Assembly: GCA_963845675.1 (NCBI GenBank)
Contig: CAWJSX010000003.1
Span: 224,137-288,136, forward strand
From: an uncultured Actinomycetota bacterium
GTDB lineage: Bacteria > Actinomycetota > Actinomycetes > Actinomycetales > CAWJMD01
DNA length: 64,000 nucleotides
Reading direction: 5' to 3'
Below are positions 9,956 to 19,813 of this stretch, piece by piece. The notes under the pieces are model-generated. The model had not been told where the DNA came from. It was given only the letters and a program-made list of their open reading frames with translations, and did not search any database. How positions within the stretch are numbered: the stretch's first letter is position 1; each line of letters begins with the position of its first letter. The translations under genes and the position numbers were made by a program.

Positions 9956-12900
9956 GCGCCGACCTGCGTGACGGCTACGCGTCCATGGACCTGACCGCCG
10001 AGCTGCCGCGCGGCACGAGCGTGCTGGAGGCCAGCGCCGGTACCGGGAAGACCTTCACGATCGCCGGCCTCGTGACCCGGTACGTCGCCGAGGGGCACGC
10101 GCGGATCGACCAGGTGCTCGCCGTGACATTCGGCGTCGCCGCCACCAGCGAGCTGCGTACGCGGGTTCGGGAACGGCTCGTCCTCGTGCGTGACGCCCTC
10201 GCCGACCCGGCCGCGGCGCGGACCCACCCCGATCCCGTGGTGGCCCTCCTGGCACAGGGAGCTCCCGGCGAGGTCGCGATGCGCCGTGGACGGCTGACGA
10301 CGGCGCTCGCGGACTTCGACGCGGCCACGGTCGCGACGGTGCACGAGTTCTGCCAGCAGGTGCTCGGCGGGTTCGGGCTCGCCGCGGACACGGACCCGCA
10401 CGTGCGGCTCGTCGAGAGCCTCTCCGACGTGGTCGACGACGTGGTCGAGGACCTGTACCTGCGCCACGTCACGTCGAACGGCGCCGACCGGCACACGCTC
10501 ACCGCCTCCGAGGCGACGGCCATCGCCCGGGTCGCCGTGCAGGACCGGCACGCCGTCCTCCTGCCGGACCCCGTTGCGGTGGAACGGGGTTCGAGCGCCG
10601 ACGTGAGACGCCGCTACGCGCAGGCGGTGCGGGACGAGCTCGACCGCCGCACGCGCGCCGCACGGGTTCTCGGCTTCGACGACCTGCTCGTCCGCGTGCG
10701 TGACGCGCTGGCCGACCCGGTGTCGGGTCCGGTCGCCCGCCAGCGACTGCGGGACCGCTTCAGCGTCGTGCTGGTCGACGAGTTCCAGGACACCGACCCG
10801 GTGCAGTGGGACGTGCTGCGCCTCGCCTTCCACGGGCACCGCACGCTCGTGGTGATCGGCGACCCCAAGCAGGCGATCTACGCGTTCCGCGGCGCCGACG
10901 TGCGGGCCTACCTGCAGGCGGCCGACGCCGCGGACCACCGGGCGACGCTTGGCACGAACTGGCGCAGCGACCCGGCGCTCCTGCGCGGGCTGGGCAGCCT
11001 GTTCCGCGGGGCCGCGCTGGGCGACTCCCGCATCGTGGTCCGCCCGGTCGAGGCGGGTCATCCGCAGGCCCTCCTCGGCCCCGGGCCCGACACCACCCCG
11101 GTGCGGCTGCGCCAGCTCCGGCGCGACGGCCACGACCTCACGAGGTCCAGCCAGCTGAAGGCGCCGGGCGCCCGCCGGCTGGTGGCGAAGGACGTGGCCG
11201 CCTACGTCTCAACGCTCCTGGCCGAGGGCCACCGGGTCACGCCACGCGCACCCGGACCGGTTCGACGTCTGATGGCACGCGACGTCGCCGTGCTCGTCCG
11301 GACGCAGCGGCAGGCCGAGACCGTGAGGGACGCCCTGCTCGCCGCCGGCGTCCCGTGCGTCTTCACCGGCACGACGAGCGTCTTCCGCTCCGAGGCGGCG
11401 AGCGACTGGGTCGCCCTGCTCGAGGGCCTGGAGCAGCCGCACCGCAGCACGCCGGTCCGCCGGGCGGCGCTCACCTCACTGGTCGGCTGGACGACCAAGC
11501 AGGTGGACGACCGCGGCCCCGAGGGCTCGGACGACCTGGGTTCGACGCTCCGGGAGTGGGCCGACGTGCTGGCCGAGGACGGTGTCGCGGCGCTGTTCTC
11601 GCGGATCGACTCCGAGCAGCAGCTGGCCGGTCGCCTGCTGCGGACCGTGGGCGGCGAACGCGTGCTCACCGACCTGCGACACGTCGCCGAGACCCTGCAC
11701 CAACAGGCCCTGCACGACCAGCTCACGCTGCCCGGGCTGCTCACCTGGCTGCGGGAGCAGGTCGCCGAGGCCACCACCGACCAGGACCAGGAGCGGTCAC
11801 GCCGGCTCGACACCGATGCAGCCGCGGTGCAGGTGGCCACCGTCCACACGAGCAAGGGCCTGGAGTTCCCGGTCGTGCTCGTGCCGTACGGCTGGGACGC
11901 GGGCGGTGGCGGAGGCAAGGGTGAGAGGTTCCCGCGGGCGCACGACGAGAACGGTCAGCGCACCGTGCACGTCGGCGGCGACGGTTCCCCGGGGTACGCG
12001 GAGTCGCTCACGGCCGAGGGGGAGGACGACGCCGGCGAGGAGCTTCGCCTTCTCTACGTCGCCTGCACCCGGGCGATCTCGCGGCTGGTGCTGTGGTGGG
12101 CGCCCACGTGGAACACCGAGCGCTCGCCCCTGCACCGGCTCCTGTGGTGCGCCGACCCGTCGGCGCCGCTGCCGCTGAAGATCCCCGTTCCCGAGGACGA
12201 CGCCGCCCACGCGAGGCTCCGTGAGCTCGCCGACGCGGGGGAGGGGCTGGTGGTCGAGGTCGTACGGGAGGACGTCGTCGACCCGACCGACGAGGACGGC
12301 GGTGAGCGGGGGGACGACGAGCCGCGGCTGCAGGTCTCGGTACTCGGCCGCCCACTCGACGAGGCCTGGTCCCGCACCTCCTACTCGGGTCTGACGCGGG
12401 CAGCGCACGAGGTCGTCGCCGCGGTCCAGTCCGAGCCGGACGTCCGCGTCACGGTCGACGAGGGTCCCGACCCGGGGACGGACGACGAGGCCCTCGAAGG
12501 AGTGCCGGTCGAGGCGCGTCCGCCGAGCGCGGACGACCCCGACGCGGCACTGCTGACGGTGCCCTCGCCGATGGCCGACCTGGCCGGCGGGGCCGCGTTC
12601 GGCACGCTCGTGCACGCCGTGCTGGAGAACGCCGACCTGGCGGGTGGTGACCCGCTCGACGCCTTGACCCGGGCCGCGGAGGCCGAGATGCGTTGGCGGG
12701 GAAGGGGACTGGAGCCCGCGGCCCTCGCCGGGACCCTATTGCCGGCGGTCACGACGTCGTGGGGGCCGATCTCCGGCGGCCGGTCCCTCGCCGACTTCCC
12801 GCGGGCCGACATGCTCGCCGAGCTGGACTTCGAGCTGCCGTTGGCAGGGGGCGACGAGCCGACCGGCCCGACACCACCGCGCCTCGGCGAGATCGCCCAC

Positions 12901-13419
12901 CTCCTGCGCGACCACCTGGACCCGGCGGACCCCGTGCACGCGTACGCCGGCCTGCTGGCGGGGCCGCTCCTGGCGCAGCAGCCGCTGCGCGGCTACCTGA
13001 CCGGGTCGGTGGACCTCGTCGTGCGTGTCGGCGCGCCGGGCGGGGCAGCCGCCAACCCGCAGGCTCCACCCCGGTACGTGGTCGTCGACCACAAGACGAA
13101 CCGGCTGGCGGAGCCCGACGAGCCGTTGACGGCCTGGCACTACCGTCGCTCGGCGCTCGACGACGCGATGCTGCACGCGCACTACCCGCTCCAGGCGATG
13201 CTCTACTGCGTCGCCCTGCACCGCTTCCTGCGGTGGCGGCAGCCCGCGTACGACCCGGCACAGCACCTCGGCGGCGTCGCGTACCTCTTCCTGAGGGGGA
13301 TGTGCGGTGACGCCGTACCCCAGCGCCCGGACGGCTTCGTACCAGGTGTCTGGACGTGGCAGCCACCGGCGTCCCTCGTCCTCGCCCTGTCCGACGCCCT
13401 GGCCGGAGGTGGGTCGTGA
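9952..13419 (+). CDS. recB: Exodeoxyribonuclease V beta subunit (helicase-nuclease)
   Basis: EASAGTGKT, VDEFQDTD, IGDPKQAIYAFRGAD, TVHTSKGLEF, LLYVACTRA; nuclease GSVDL...VVDHKTN...YPLQ; GTGA overlap with recC. Confidence 0.95.
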   Translation: MSADLRDGYASMDLTAELPRGTSVLEASAGTGKTFTIAGLVTRYVAEGHARIDQVLAVTFGVAATSELRTRVRERLVLVRDALADPAAARTHPDPVVALLAQGAPGEVAMRRGRLTTALADFDAATVATVHEFCQQVLGGFGLAADTDPHVRLVESLSDVVDDVVEDLYLRHVTSNGADRHTLTASEATAIARVAVQDRHAVLLPDPVAVERGSSADVRRRYAQAVRDELDRRTRAARVLGFDDLLVRVRDALADPVSGPVARQRLRDRFSVVLVDEFQDTDPVQWDVLRLAFHGHRTLVVIGDPKQAIYAFRGADVRAYLQAADAADHRATLGTNWRSDPALLRGLGSLFRGAALGDSRIVVRPVEAGHPQALLGPGPDTTPVRLRQLRRDGHDLTRSSQLKAPGARRLVAKDVAAYVSTLLAEGHRVTPRAPGPVRRLMARDVAVLVRTQRQAETVRDALLAAGVPCVFTGTTSVFRSEAASDWVALLEGLEQPHRSTPVRRAALTSLVGWTTKQVDDRGPEGSDDLGSTLREWADVLAEDGVAALFSRIDSEQQLAGRLLRTVGGERVLTDLRHVAETLHQQALHDQLTLPGLLTWLREQVAEATTDQDQERSRRLDTDAAAVQVATVHTSKGLEFPVVLVPYGWDAGGGGGKGERFPRAHDENGQRTVHVGGDGSPGYAESLTAEGEDDAGEELRLLYVACTRAISRLVLWWAPTWNTERSPLHRLLWCADPSAPLPLKIPVPEDDAAHARLRELADAGEGLVVEVVREDVVDPTDEDGGERGDDEPRLQVSVLGRPLDEAWSRTSYSGLTRAAHEVVAAVQSEPDVRVTVDEGPDPGTDDEALEGVPVEARPPSADDPDAALLTVPSPMADLAGGAAFGTLVHAVLENADLAGGDPLDALTRAAEAEMRWRGRGLEPAALAGTLLPAVTTSWGPISGGRSLADFPRADMLAELDFELPLAGGDEPTGPTPPRLGEIAHLLRDHLDPADPVHAYAGLLAGPLLAQQPLRGYLTGSVDLVVRVGAPGGAAANPQAPPRYVVVDHKTNRLAEPDEPLTAWHYRRSALDDAMLHAHYPLQAMLYCVALHRFLRWRQPAYDPAQHLGGVAYLFLRGMCGDAVPQRPDGFVPGVWTWQPPASLVLALSDALAGGGS

Positions 13420-15341
13420 CCGAGGCTGCCGCCTTGCTCCCCACCGACGAGCCCGACCTCTCGGCCCGGGTCGCACTGAGGGCCAAGGGCCTGCTGCGCA
13501 CGTTCACCGAGGCGGGGGTCCTGCACGCCGCCGACGTCCACGTGGCGACGCGGCTCGGCGAGCTCTGCGGGGAGCGCGACGAGACCGTCGTGCTGGCGAC
13601 GGCCCTCGCAGTACGGGGCGTCCGTCACGGTTCGGTCATGCTGCGCCTCGCGGACGTGCCCTCGACCGTCGTCGCGGACGACGCCGACCCCGAGCGCGCC
13701 CTCACCGGCGACCTGCCCTGGCCGGAGGTGGGTGCCTGGTTGGAGGCCGTCCGGTCGAGCCGGCTGACGCGGGTGGTGGGCTCCGCAGCGGGCGACGGCA
13801 CCGACGGCCCCGGCGGCATCGACGGCACCCACGGTCCGCGACCGCTGCGGATGTGGGGCGACGACCTGTGGCTCGACCGGTACTGGCGGATGGAGGCGAA
13901 GGTCGCAGCGGACCTGCTGCGCCGGGCGGCGAACCCCCCGGACGTCGACGCGGAGCGGCTGGAGACCACGCTGACCCGCCTCTGGCCGGTGCCGGACGGG
14001 ACCCGCGAGGCGGATGTCGACGCCGACCAGCGCGAGGCGGCCCGCCGCTGCCTCCTCTCCGGCGTGGCCGTGCTCGGCGGCGGACCCGGAACGGGAAAGA
14101 CCACCACCGTCGCGCGCGTGCTCGCGGCCCTGAGGGAGCTGGCCGAGCCGGGCCCCCCACCGCGGATCGCGCTGGCGGCCCCGTCCGCCAAGGCGCGCAA
14201 CCGGATCGAGGAGTCGGTCGGACTGGCGGCGCGCGACGAGAAGCTGACGGACGCGGACCGCGAGCTGCTCGCCACCGTCCCGGCGTCCACGCTGCACAAG
14301 CTGATCGGGGCCTACCCGTCTGGAACGCGGTCGAGGTACCACGCCGGCAACCCCCTGCCCTACGACGTGGTCGTGGTCGACGAGACGTCGATGGTCTCGC
14401 TGTCGATGTTCGCGCGCCTGCTCGACGCCCTCCGCCCGCACGCACGCCTCGTGCTCGTCGGTGACCCCGACCAGCTGGCGTCGGTCGAGGCGGGCGCCGT
14501 GCTGTCTGACCTCGACGCGATCGAGGGACGCGGCCCGGTGGGGGCCGGGGTCGCGCGGCTCGTGACGAACCGCCGCTCGGGTGACCAGCCCGGCCTGACC
14601 GCCCTCGCCGCGGCCGTGCGGGCGGGCCGTGCCGACGACGCCGTCGAGGTGCTGCGCAGCGGCACGGCGGGCGTGGTCTGGCACGAGGTCGCCGACGACG
14701 TGCCACTGCCCGTGTCGGTGCAGGACCGCGTGCGCGAACGGCTTCTCACGGTGACCCGCGTGACCGGGCCCGCGGCGCGGGCGGGGGACGCGGCCACCGC
14801 CGTCGCCGCGCTCGACCGCCACCGCCTCCTGTGCGCGCACCGGCGGGGTCCGCGAGGGGTCGCGCACTGGAACGCGCTGGTGCAGCGCTGGGTGGTCGAC
14901 GACGATCCCGAGGCGCAGGTGCGTCGCGACGGCCGCTACGCCGGGCTGCCGCTGCTCGTCACGGAGAACGACTACGAGAACCAGCTGTGGAACGGCGACA
15001 CGGGCGTCGTGGTGGCACGGCAGGACCGGTTGGAGGTCGTCATCGGGCGCGGCACGTCACTGACCGAGCCGATCCCGCTGGGCCGGCTCGCCGCCGCGTC
15101 ACCGCTGCACGCGATGACCGTGTACAAGAGCCAGGGATCCGAGTTCGACACGGTGACACTGCTTCTGCCGACGGCCGACTCGCCGCTCGCTACCCGCGAG
15201 ACGCTGTACACCGCGGTGACCCGTGCGCGTCGCGAGGTGGTCGTCGTCGGGTCCGAGGCCGCGGTGCGTGCCGGCGTAGGACGGCGGGCCCTGCGTGCCA
15301 CCGGACTGAGCCGGCGGTTGGCTCCGTCCGCGACCGGCTGA
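13416..15341 (+). CDS. recD: Exodeoxyribonuclease V alpha subunit
   Basis: GGPGTGKTT, VDETSMV, LVGDPDQLASVEAG, NGDTG, AMTVYKSQGSEF, LYTAVTRAR; GTGA overlap with recB. Confidence 0.95.
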   Translation: MTEAAALLPTDEPDLSARVALRAKGLLRTFTEAGVLHAADVHVATRLGELCGERDETVVLATALAVRGVRHGSVMLRLADVPSTVVADDADPERALTGDLPWPEVGAWLEAVRSSRLTRVVGSAAGDGTDGPGGIDGTHGPRPLRMWGDDLWLDRYWRMEAKVAADLLRRAANPPDVDAERLETTLTRLWPVPDGTREADVDADQREAARRCLLSGVAVLGGGPGTGKTTTVARVLAALRELAEPGPPPRIALAAPSAKARNRIEESVGLAARDEKLTDADRELLATVPASTLHKLIGAYPSGTRSRYHAGNPLPYDVVVVDETSMVSLSMFARLLDALRPHARLVLVGDPDQLASVEAGAVLSDLDAIEGRGPVGAGVARLVTNRRSGDQPGLTALAAAVRAGRADDAVEVLRSGTAGVVWHEVADDVPLPVSVQDRVRERLLTVTRVTGPAARAGDAATAVAALDRHRLLCAHRRGPRGVAHWNALVQRWVVDDDPEAQVRRDGRYAGLPLLVTENDYENQLWNGDTGVVVARQDRLEVVIGRGTSLTEPIPLGRLAAASPLHAMTVYKSQGSEFDTVTLLLPTADSPLATRETLYTAVTRARREVVVVGSEAAVRAGVGRRALRATGLSRRLAPSATG

Positions 15342-15361
15342 CGCCGGAGGGCGGCCGGTGG

Positions 15362-15793
15362 TCAGGCGGGCAGCAGCGGGGCGCGCAGAGGCAGGTCGGC
15401 GTCCGGCTGCACGACCTGGGCGGCGTGCCCGGTGACCGAGTCGACCACGATCGGTGCGAGCAGGTTGACCGTGCTCTGCGCCAGCGTCGGGCCGGGGTTG
15501 ACCACGAGCAGCACCACCGCGTCCTCGGCCCGCTCGAGGCCGATCAGCGCGCAGGCCTCGTCGTCGAGCTCCAGGGTGTAGCCGGGGGCGCACAGCCAGG
15601 GCGTCGCGAGCACGAGCCGCACGTCCGGGTCGTCGAGGCTGCGGAGGCTGAACAGGCCCCCGACCTCGTCCAGCTGCACCAGCGCGTAGCGGGTCAGCCC
15701 GTCGAGGCCGGGCATCGGTGCGGCGAACCGCACCTCCGGCAGCTCGGTCTGCGCGCCGGCCTGGGCGTCGGTCTCACTCATCGTGGTCAGCAT
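15362..15793 (-). CDS. fliW: Flagellar assembly factor FliW (CsrA antagonist)
   Basis: FAAPMPGL, LFSLRSLDDPD, TVNLLAPIVV...AAQVV; downstream of flgL; start uncertain (15781-15811). Confidence 0.88.
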   Translation of the reverse strand: MLTTMSETDAQAGAQTELPEVRFAAPMPGLDGLTRYALVQLDEVGGLFSLRSLDDPDVRLVLATPWLCAPGYTLELDDEACALIGLERAEDAVVLLVVNPGPTLAQSTVNLLAPIVVDSVTGHAAQVVQPDADLPLRAPLLPA

Positions 15794-15815
15794 CCTAGGG
15801 AGTCCTTCCACGGGC

Positions 15816-16730
15816 TCATCGGAGGAAGTCCATCAGCGTCGGCTGGATGACCTTGGCGGTCGCCCCCAGGGACGCCTGGTAGGCGACCTGCTGGGTCTGC
15901 AGCTCGAGGATCGTCCTGGGCAGGTCGATGTCCTCGATCTGCGACAGCTGGGCGGTCATCGAGAGCGACGTGTCGCGCGCGATCTCCTGCAGCCGGTCGG
16001 TGCGCGCGTAGCGGGAGCCGATGTCGGCCACCGCGCCGGTCATCCGGCTCAGTGCCACGTCGAGCTCGACGAGATCCGCCTGCAGCTGGGTGTCGTCGCC
16101 GGTGAGGTGCTGCTCGATCCGGTCCAGCACGGCGAAGATGGAGGTGGTCGGGTCGGCCGGGGTCGTGCCCGCGGCCGCGGTGCCGCCGAAGACCGCGATG
16201 CCGCCGGTGTCGACACGGACCGTGGTGCTCGCGTCGAGGCGGCGGTCAACGGTGCCCGCGTCGCCGACGTACGCACCGGTCACCGGGTCGAACGCCTGCT
16301 GCCCCGCCGTCGTCCCGCCGAAGACGGGTCGGCCGAGGTAGGTGCTGTTGGCGAGACCCGCCATCTCCTGGCGCAGCCCGCGGATCTCGACCGCGAGCGC
16401 CTGCCGGGACTCCGGGGTGGTCGAGCCGGTGCTGAGGCCCTGCAGCGTGAGCGAACGCGCCCGGTTCATCAGCGCGAGGCCGGACGTCAGGGCGTTCTCG
16501 CTCGTGGTCAGCCACGCGCGGCCGTCGTCGGCGTTGCGCGAGTACTGCGCCTGGGCCCGCAGGTCCGAGCGGACCTGCAGCGCGCTGACGGTGCCGGCCG
16601 GGTCGTCCGACGGCTTGGTGATGGACTTGCCGCTGGTGAGCTGCTGGTTCAGCTGCTGCACGCGGCCCAGGTTGGCCTGGAGGTTGTGCAGGGCGCTGTC
16701 GGCCATCATGCGGTGCGTCACGCGGGTCAT
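15816..16730 (-). CDS. flgL: Hook-associated protein 3
   Basis: QLTSGKSITKPSDDPAG, GRPVFGG, YQASLGATAKVIQPTLMDFLR. Confidence 0.92.
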   Translation of the reverse strand: MTRVTHRMMADSALHNLQANLGRVQQLNQQLTSGKSITKPSDDPAGTVSALQVRSDLRAQAQYSRNADDGRAWLTTSENALTSGLALMNRARSLTLQGLSTGSTTPESRQALAVEIRGLRQEMAGLANSTYLGRPVFGGTTAGQQAFDPVTGAYVGDAGTVDRRLDASTTVRVDTGGIAVFGGTAAAGTTPADPTTSIFAVLDRIEQHLTGDDTQLQADLVELDVALSRMTGAVADIGSRYARTDRLQEIARDTSLSMTAQLSQIEDIDLPRTILELQTQQVAYQASLGATAKVIQPTLMDFLR

Positions 16731-18136
16731 CTGCCCACCACCCCGGTCCGGTTGATCAGGTGGTCGAGGGCCTGGTCGACCGCCGTGAGGACGCGGGACG
16801 CGCCCTCGTAGGCACGCTGGAACATCAGGAGGTTGGTCATCTCCTCGTCGAGGTCGACACCCGTCGTCGCGAGGAGCTGGGCCGACGCGTTGGAGACGAC
16901 CCCGCCGACGACGCGCGCCCGCGAGGCGGTCGCACCCGACTCGACGCCGGTGGCGACCACGAAGGCCTGCCAGATCTGGTCGGCGCCCCCGGACAGGGCC
17001 CGGGTGGCGGCGATGCGGTCGGCGAGGGAGCCGTCCATCGCGCCGCCCGTGCCCTCGGCGGCGGCGATCTTCATCGGGTCGCTGACCAGTGCCGGGTTCA
17101 CGGCGATCTGCGCAGCGCCCGAGCCGGTCCCGACCATGACGAAGAAGTCGAGCCCGGTGTCGCCACCGGGGGAGTGGCCAGAGGCGTGGAGGCTGTTCAC
17201 CTGCTGGGCCAGCGCGTTGGCGACGGCGTCGTAGCCGGCTGCCACGCCCGGGAGCGTGGTCTGCAGCGACTCGACGACGCTGGCGAGCGACCCGCCGGTG
17301 AGCTGCACGGGGCTGCCGTCGGCCCAGGTGAAGCGAGCGGGGGTCGTGGCCGACACGTCCTGGAGCCGCAGCGGGGCGTCGAGCGTGATGAGGTTGGCCC
17401 GGTCGCCGTCGACCAGCGGCACGCCGCCGATCAGGACGCGCATGGAGCCGTCGGCCTGCAGCTGTCCGCTCGCGCCGGTCAGCTCGGACAGGCGCAGCAC
17501 GAGCTGGTCGCGCTGGTCGGTGAGCTCGTTGGCGTGGCCGTCGACGGCCGAGGTGGCGCGGATGTGCTTGTTCAGCTCGGCGACCGACGTGGCGACCGAG
17601 TTGATCTCCGTCTGCAGCGCGGAGGCCTGGTCACGGGTCTGGGACCACTGCGTCGCGACACCCGCGTGTCCCGCCCGCAGGGCGCCGGCCACGGTGCTGG
17701 CCTGCTGCGCCAGGGCGCTGCGGGCAGCGGGCTCACCCGGTGAGTTCGACAGGTCGCTCCAGCTCTGCCACATCGCGGAGAGCTGCGCCGACAGGCCGTA
17801 GTCGCCCGGCTCGGCGAAGCGGGACTCGATCTGGGACAGCGCGTCCGCCCGGGTCGAGAGGTAGCCGCTGTCGCCGGTCGCGGCACGCAGCCGCGACGAC
17901 GCGAGCTCGTCGCCGAGGCGGGAGACCGACGTGACGTGGACGCCGTGACCGGCGCGGAGCGAGGAGGTGCCCTGGAGGCTGTACAAGGACGGCGGGCCGA
18001 GGGCCTCGAGCGTCGCGCGCTGCCGCGTGTAGCCCACGGTGCTGGCGTTCGCGACGTTCTGGCCGGTCACGTCCATCGCCCGCCGCTGCGCCTGCAGCGA
18101 GCTCAGGGCGACGGACAGCCCGCCGAAGCTGCTCAC
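16727..18136 (-). CDS. flgK: Hook-associated protein 1
   Basis: MDVTGQNVANASTVGYTRQR; GVDLDEEMTNLLMFQRAYEGASRV; GTG start overlapping flgN stop. Confidence 0.93.
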   Translation of the reverse strand: MSSFGGLSVALSSLQAQRRAMDVTGQNVANASTVGYTRQRATLEALGPPSLYSLQGTSSLRAGHGVHVTSVSRLGDELASSRLRAATGDSGYLSTRADALSQIESRFAEPGDYGLSAQLSAMWQSWSDLSNSPGEPAARSALAQQASTVAGALRAGHAGVATQWSQTRDQASALQTEINSVATSVAELNKHIRATSAVDGHANELTDQRDQLVLRLSELTGASGQLQADGSMRVLIGGVPLVDGDRANLITLDAPLRLQDVSATTPARFTWADGSPVQLTGGSLASVVESLQTTLPGVAAGYDAVANALAQQVNSLHASGHSPGGDTGLDFFVMVGTGSGAAQIAVNPALVSDPMKIAAAEGTGGAMDGSLADRIAATRALSGGADQIWQAFVVATGVESGATASRARVVGGVVSNASAQLLATTGVDLDEEMTNLLMFQRAYEGASRVLTAVDQALDHLINRTGVVGR

Positions 18137-18627
18137 AGCGCCTCGTCGACCAGGTGGGCGACCGAGCCGGCGCCCGCGGTGGCGGCCGACGTGCGGCCCC
18201 GCGGGTCGTAGGTCTGCAGGGTGGTGCCGAGGCTGAGCAAGGTCTCGTGGGCGGCCCGCTGGCCCGCCGACAGGACGTCGCGGTTGGTCTCGGCCGTGGC
18301 CGCGATCTCCCGCGTCAGGGTGAGGAAGGCGTCGCGGTGGAGCGCGAGCATCTCGCCCCACGGGGTGGGCGCGGTCTGGCCGAGCAGGCGCAGGCTGGGG
18401 CCGGGGGGCAGGCCGAGGTCGACGGCGACGGCCTCGACCTGCATGGCCCGCTCGAGCTCGGCCTCGCGGATCTGCTCGAGGACGACCTCGACCTCGCAGG
18501 TCGCGTGGGGCAGCCAGCGGGTGCGACCGGCGGACAGCAGCAGCTGCTCCTCCTCGAGCTTGAAGAGCAGGTGCTCGAGCAGCTCGCGTTCGCGCCACAG
18601 GACGGCGGACAGCTGGGCGAGTCCCAT
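18133..18627 (-). CDS. flgN: Flagellar export chaperone FlgN family
   Basis: LSAVLWRERELLEHLLFKLEEEQLLL..GRTRWL pattern; upstream of flgK; GAGGAGG RBS. Confidence 0.8.
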   Translation of the reverse strand: MGLAQLSAVLWRERELLEHLLFKLEEEQLLLSAGRTRWLPHATCEVEVVLEQIREAELERAMQVEAVAVDLGLPPGPSLRLLGQTAPTPWGEMLALHRDAFLTLTREIAATAETNRDVLSAGQRAAHETLLSLGTTLQTYDPRGRTSAATAGAGSVAHLVDEAL

Positions 18628-18680
18628 CGGTCCTCCTCTCGGGTGCACGCAGGGTCACCGGAGCGGGACCTGCACACTCC

Positions 18681-18708
18681 TCATCGGCAGCCGGGAGGGC
18701 CACCTGAG
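18681..18708 (-). promoter_or_regulatory. Sigma28-type promoter of flgN-flgK-flgL-fliW
   Basis: Minus strand CTCA-N16-GCCGATGA. Confidence 0.8.
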
Positions 18709-18736
18709 GGAATCTGCGACGAGTTCGGAGATGGAC

Positions 18737-18763
18737 CTCAAGGAGACCTGTCCCGACGACGAC
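18737..18763 (+). promoter_or_regulatory. Degenerate sigma28-type promoter of the sigma gene (possible autoregulation)
   Basis: CTCA-N17-GACGAC, 9 nt before GTG 18773. Confidence 0.5.
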
Positions 18764-18772
18764 GCATGGATC

Positions 18773-19702
18773 GTGAGCAACCGACCTGACGACCGTGTCG
18801 TCGACGAGCGTGTGCGGGAGAACCTGCCGCTGGTGGGCTACGTCGTGCACGAGGTGGCCGGACGGCTGCCGGGTCACGTGGCTCGCGAGGACCTCGTCTC
18901 CGCCGGCATGGCCGGCCTCGCGCAGGCCGCCCTCTCCTTCGACCCGTCGAACGGCGTGCCGTTCACCCGGCACGCGTCCACGCGCATCAAGGGCGCGATC
19001 CTCGACGAGCTCCGCTCGATGGACTGGGCGAGCCGCGGTGCCCGCTCCCGCGGACGCGAGCTCGCGCAGGCGCAGGAGAAGGTGACCGCCCGCCTCGGCC
19101 GCACGCCCACCACCGCTGACCTCGCCGACGAGCTGCGGCTGGAGGTCTCCGAGCTGGACCGTCGCCGCGCCGAGTCGGAGCGTTCACTGCTCAGCCTCGA
19201 CGCGTTCGACGGCTCCGTCGCCGACTCCCTGCCCGACTCAGCGCCCGACCCCCAGGAGCGGCTCCTGGCCAAGGAGCGCGTCGGCTACCTGCACGCCGCC
19301 CTGGCCTCCCTGCCGGAGCGCCTGCGCCTGGTCGCCGTCGGCGTGTACCTCGAGCAGCGGCCGATGGCCGAGATCGCCGCCGAGCTGGGCGTCACCGAGT
19401 CGCGTGTCAGCCAGCTGCGCTCCGAGGCCCTCGTCATGCTCCGCGACGCCGTGAACAGCCAGCTCGACCCGGAGCGGGTCCCGGCGCAGCCGAACCCCGA
19501 CGGGATCGTCGCCCGGCGCCGCGAGGCCCTGTACGCGCAGGTCGCCGCCCACGCGGCCGCCGCGGGTCTCGGTCCCAGGACGCCGGTCGCGCACCCCTAC
19601 GCCGCACAGCACTCCGCGCACCAGCCGGCGTCCCCGATGTCCCCGACGACAGCCGGCATCCCGTCCCAGGGACGCCTGACCAGCTTCTCCCGCACCGCCT
19701 GA
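18773..19702 (+). CDS. fliA: FliA/WhiG family RNA polymerase sigma factor
   Basis: NLPLVGYVV, REDLVSAG, RIKGAILDELRSMDW, region 4 EIAAELGVTESRVSQL; start GTG 18773 or ATG 18731. Confidence 0.9.
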   Translation: MSNRPDDRVVDERVRENLPLVGYVVHEVAGRLPGHVAREDLVSAGMAGLAQAALSFDPSNGVPFTRHASTRIKGAILDELRSMDWASRGARSRGRELAQAQEKVTARLGRTPTTADLADELRLEVSELDRRRAESERSLLSLDAFDGSVADSLPDSAPDPQERLLAKERVGYLHAALASLPERLRLVAVGVYLEQRPMAEIAAELGVTESRVSQLRSEALVMLRDAVNSQLDPERVPAQPNPDGIVARRREALYAQVAAHAAAAGLGPRTPVAHPYAAQHSAHQPASPMSPTTAGIPSQGRLTSFSRTA

Positions 19703-19731
19703 CCATTCACCCGATCGGACCCTCGGAAAAC

Positions 19732-19760
19732 CTCAGGTGCCCTGGACAACGGCCGATGAG
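19732..19760 (+). promoter_or_regulatory. Sigma28-type promoter of flagellin
   Basis: CTCA-N16-GCCGATGAG. Confidence 0.85.
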
Positions 19761-19766
19761 GAGGGT

Positions 19767-19807
19767 GCAGCCCACGGATGGGCCGCGTAACAACTCTCAC
19801 GGAGGAA
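19767..19807 (+). promoter_or_regulatory. Two CsrA-binding sites in fliC leader
   Basis: Hairpin GCAGCCC-ACGGAT-GGGCCGC and second CACGGAGGA overlapping the RBS. Confidence 0.8.
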
Positions 19808-19813
19808 CACACC

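Noticed and set aside
16727-18973. 748-aa extended FlgK, and similarly extended RecB (9316), FliA (18221), FliN (38209), FliO (39399) and AI-2E (62712)
   Set aside because: The extensions are off-frame readings of neighbouring genes; real starts coincide with stop/start overlaps or RBS
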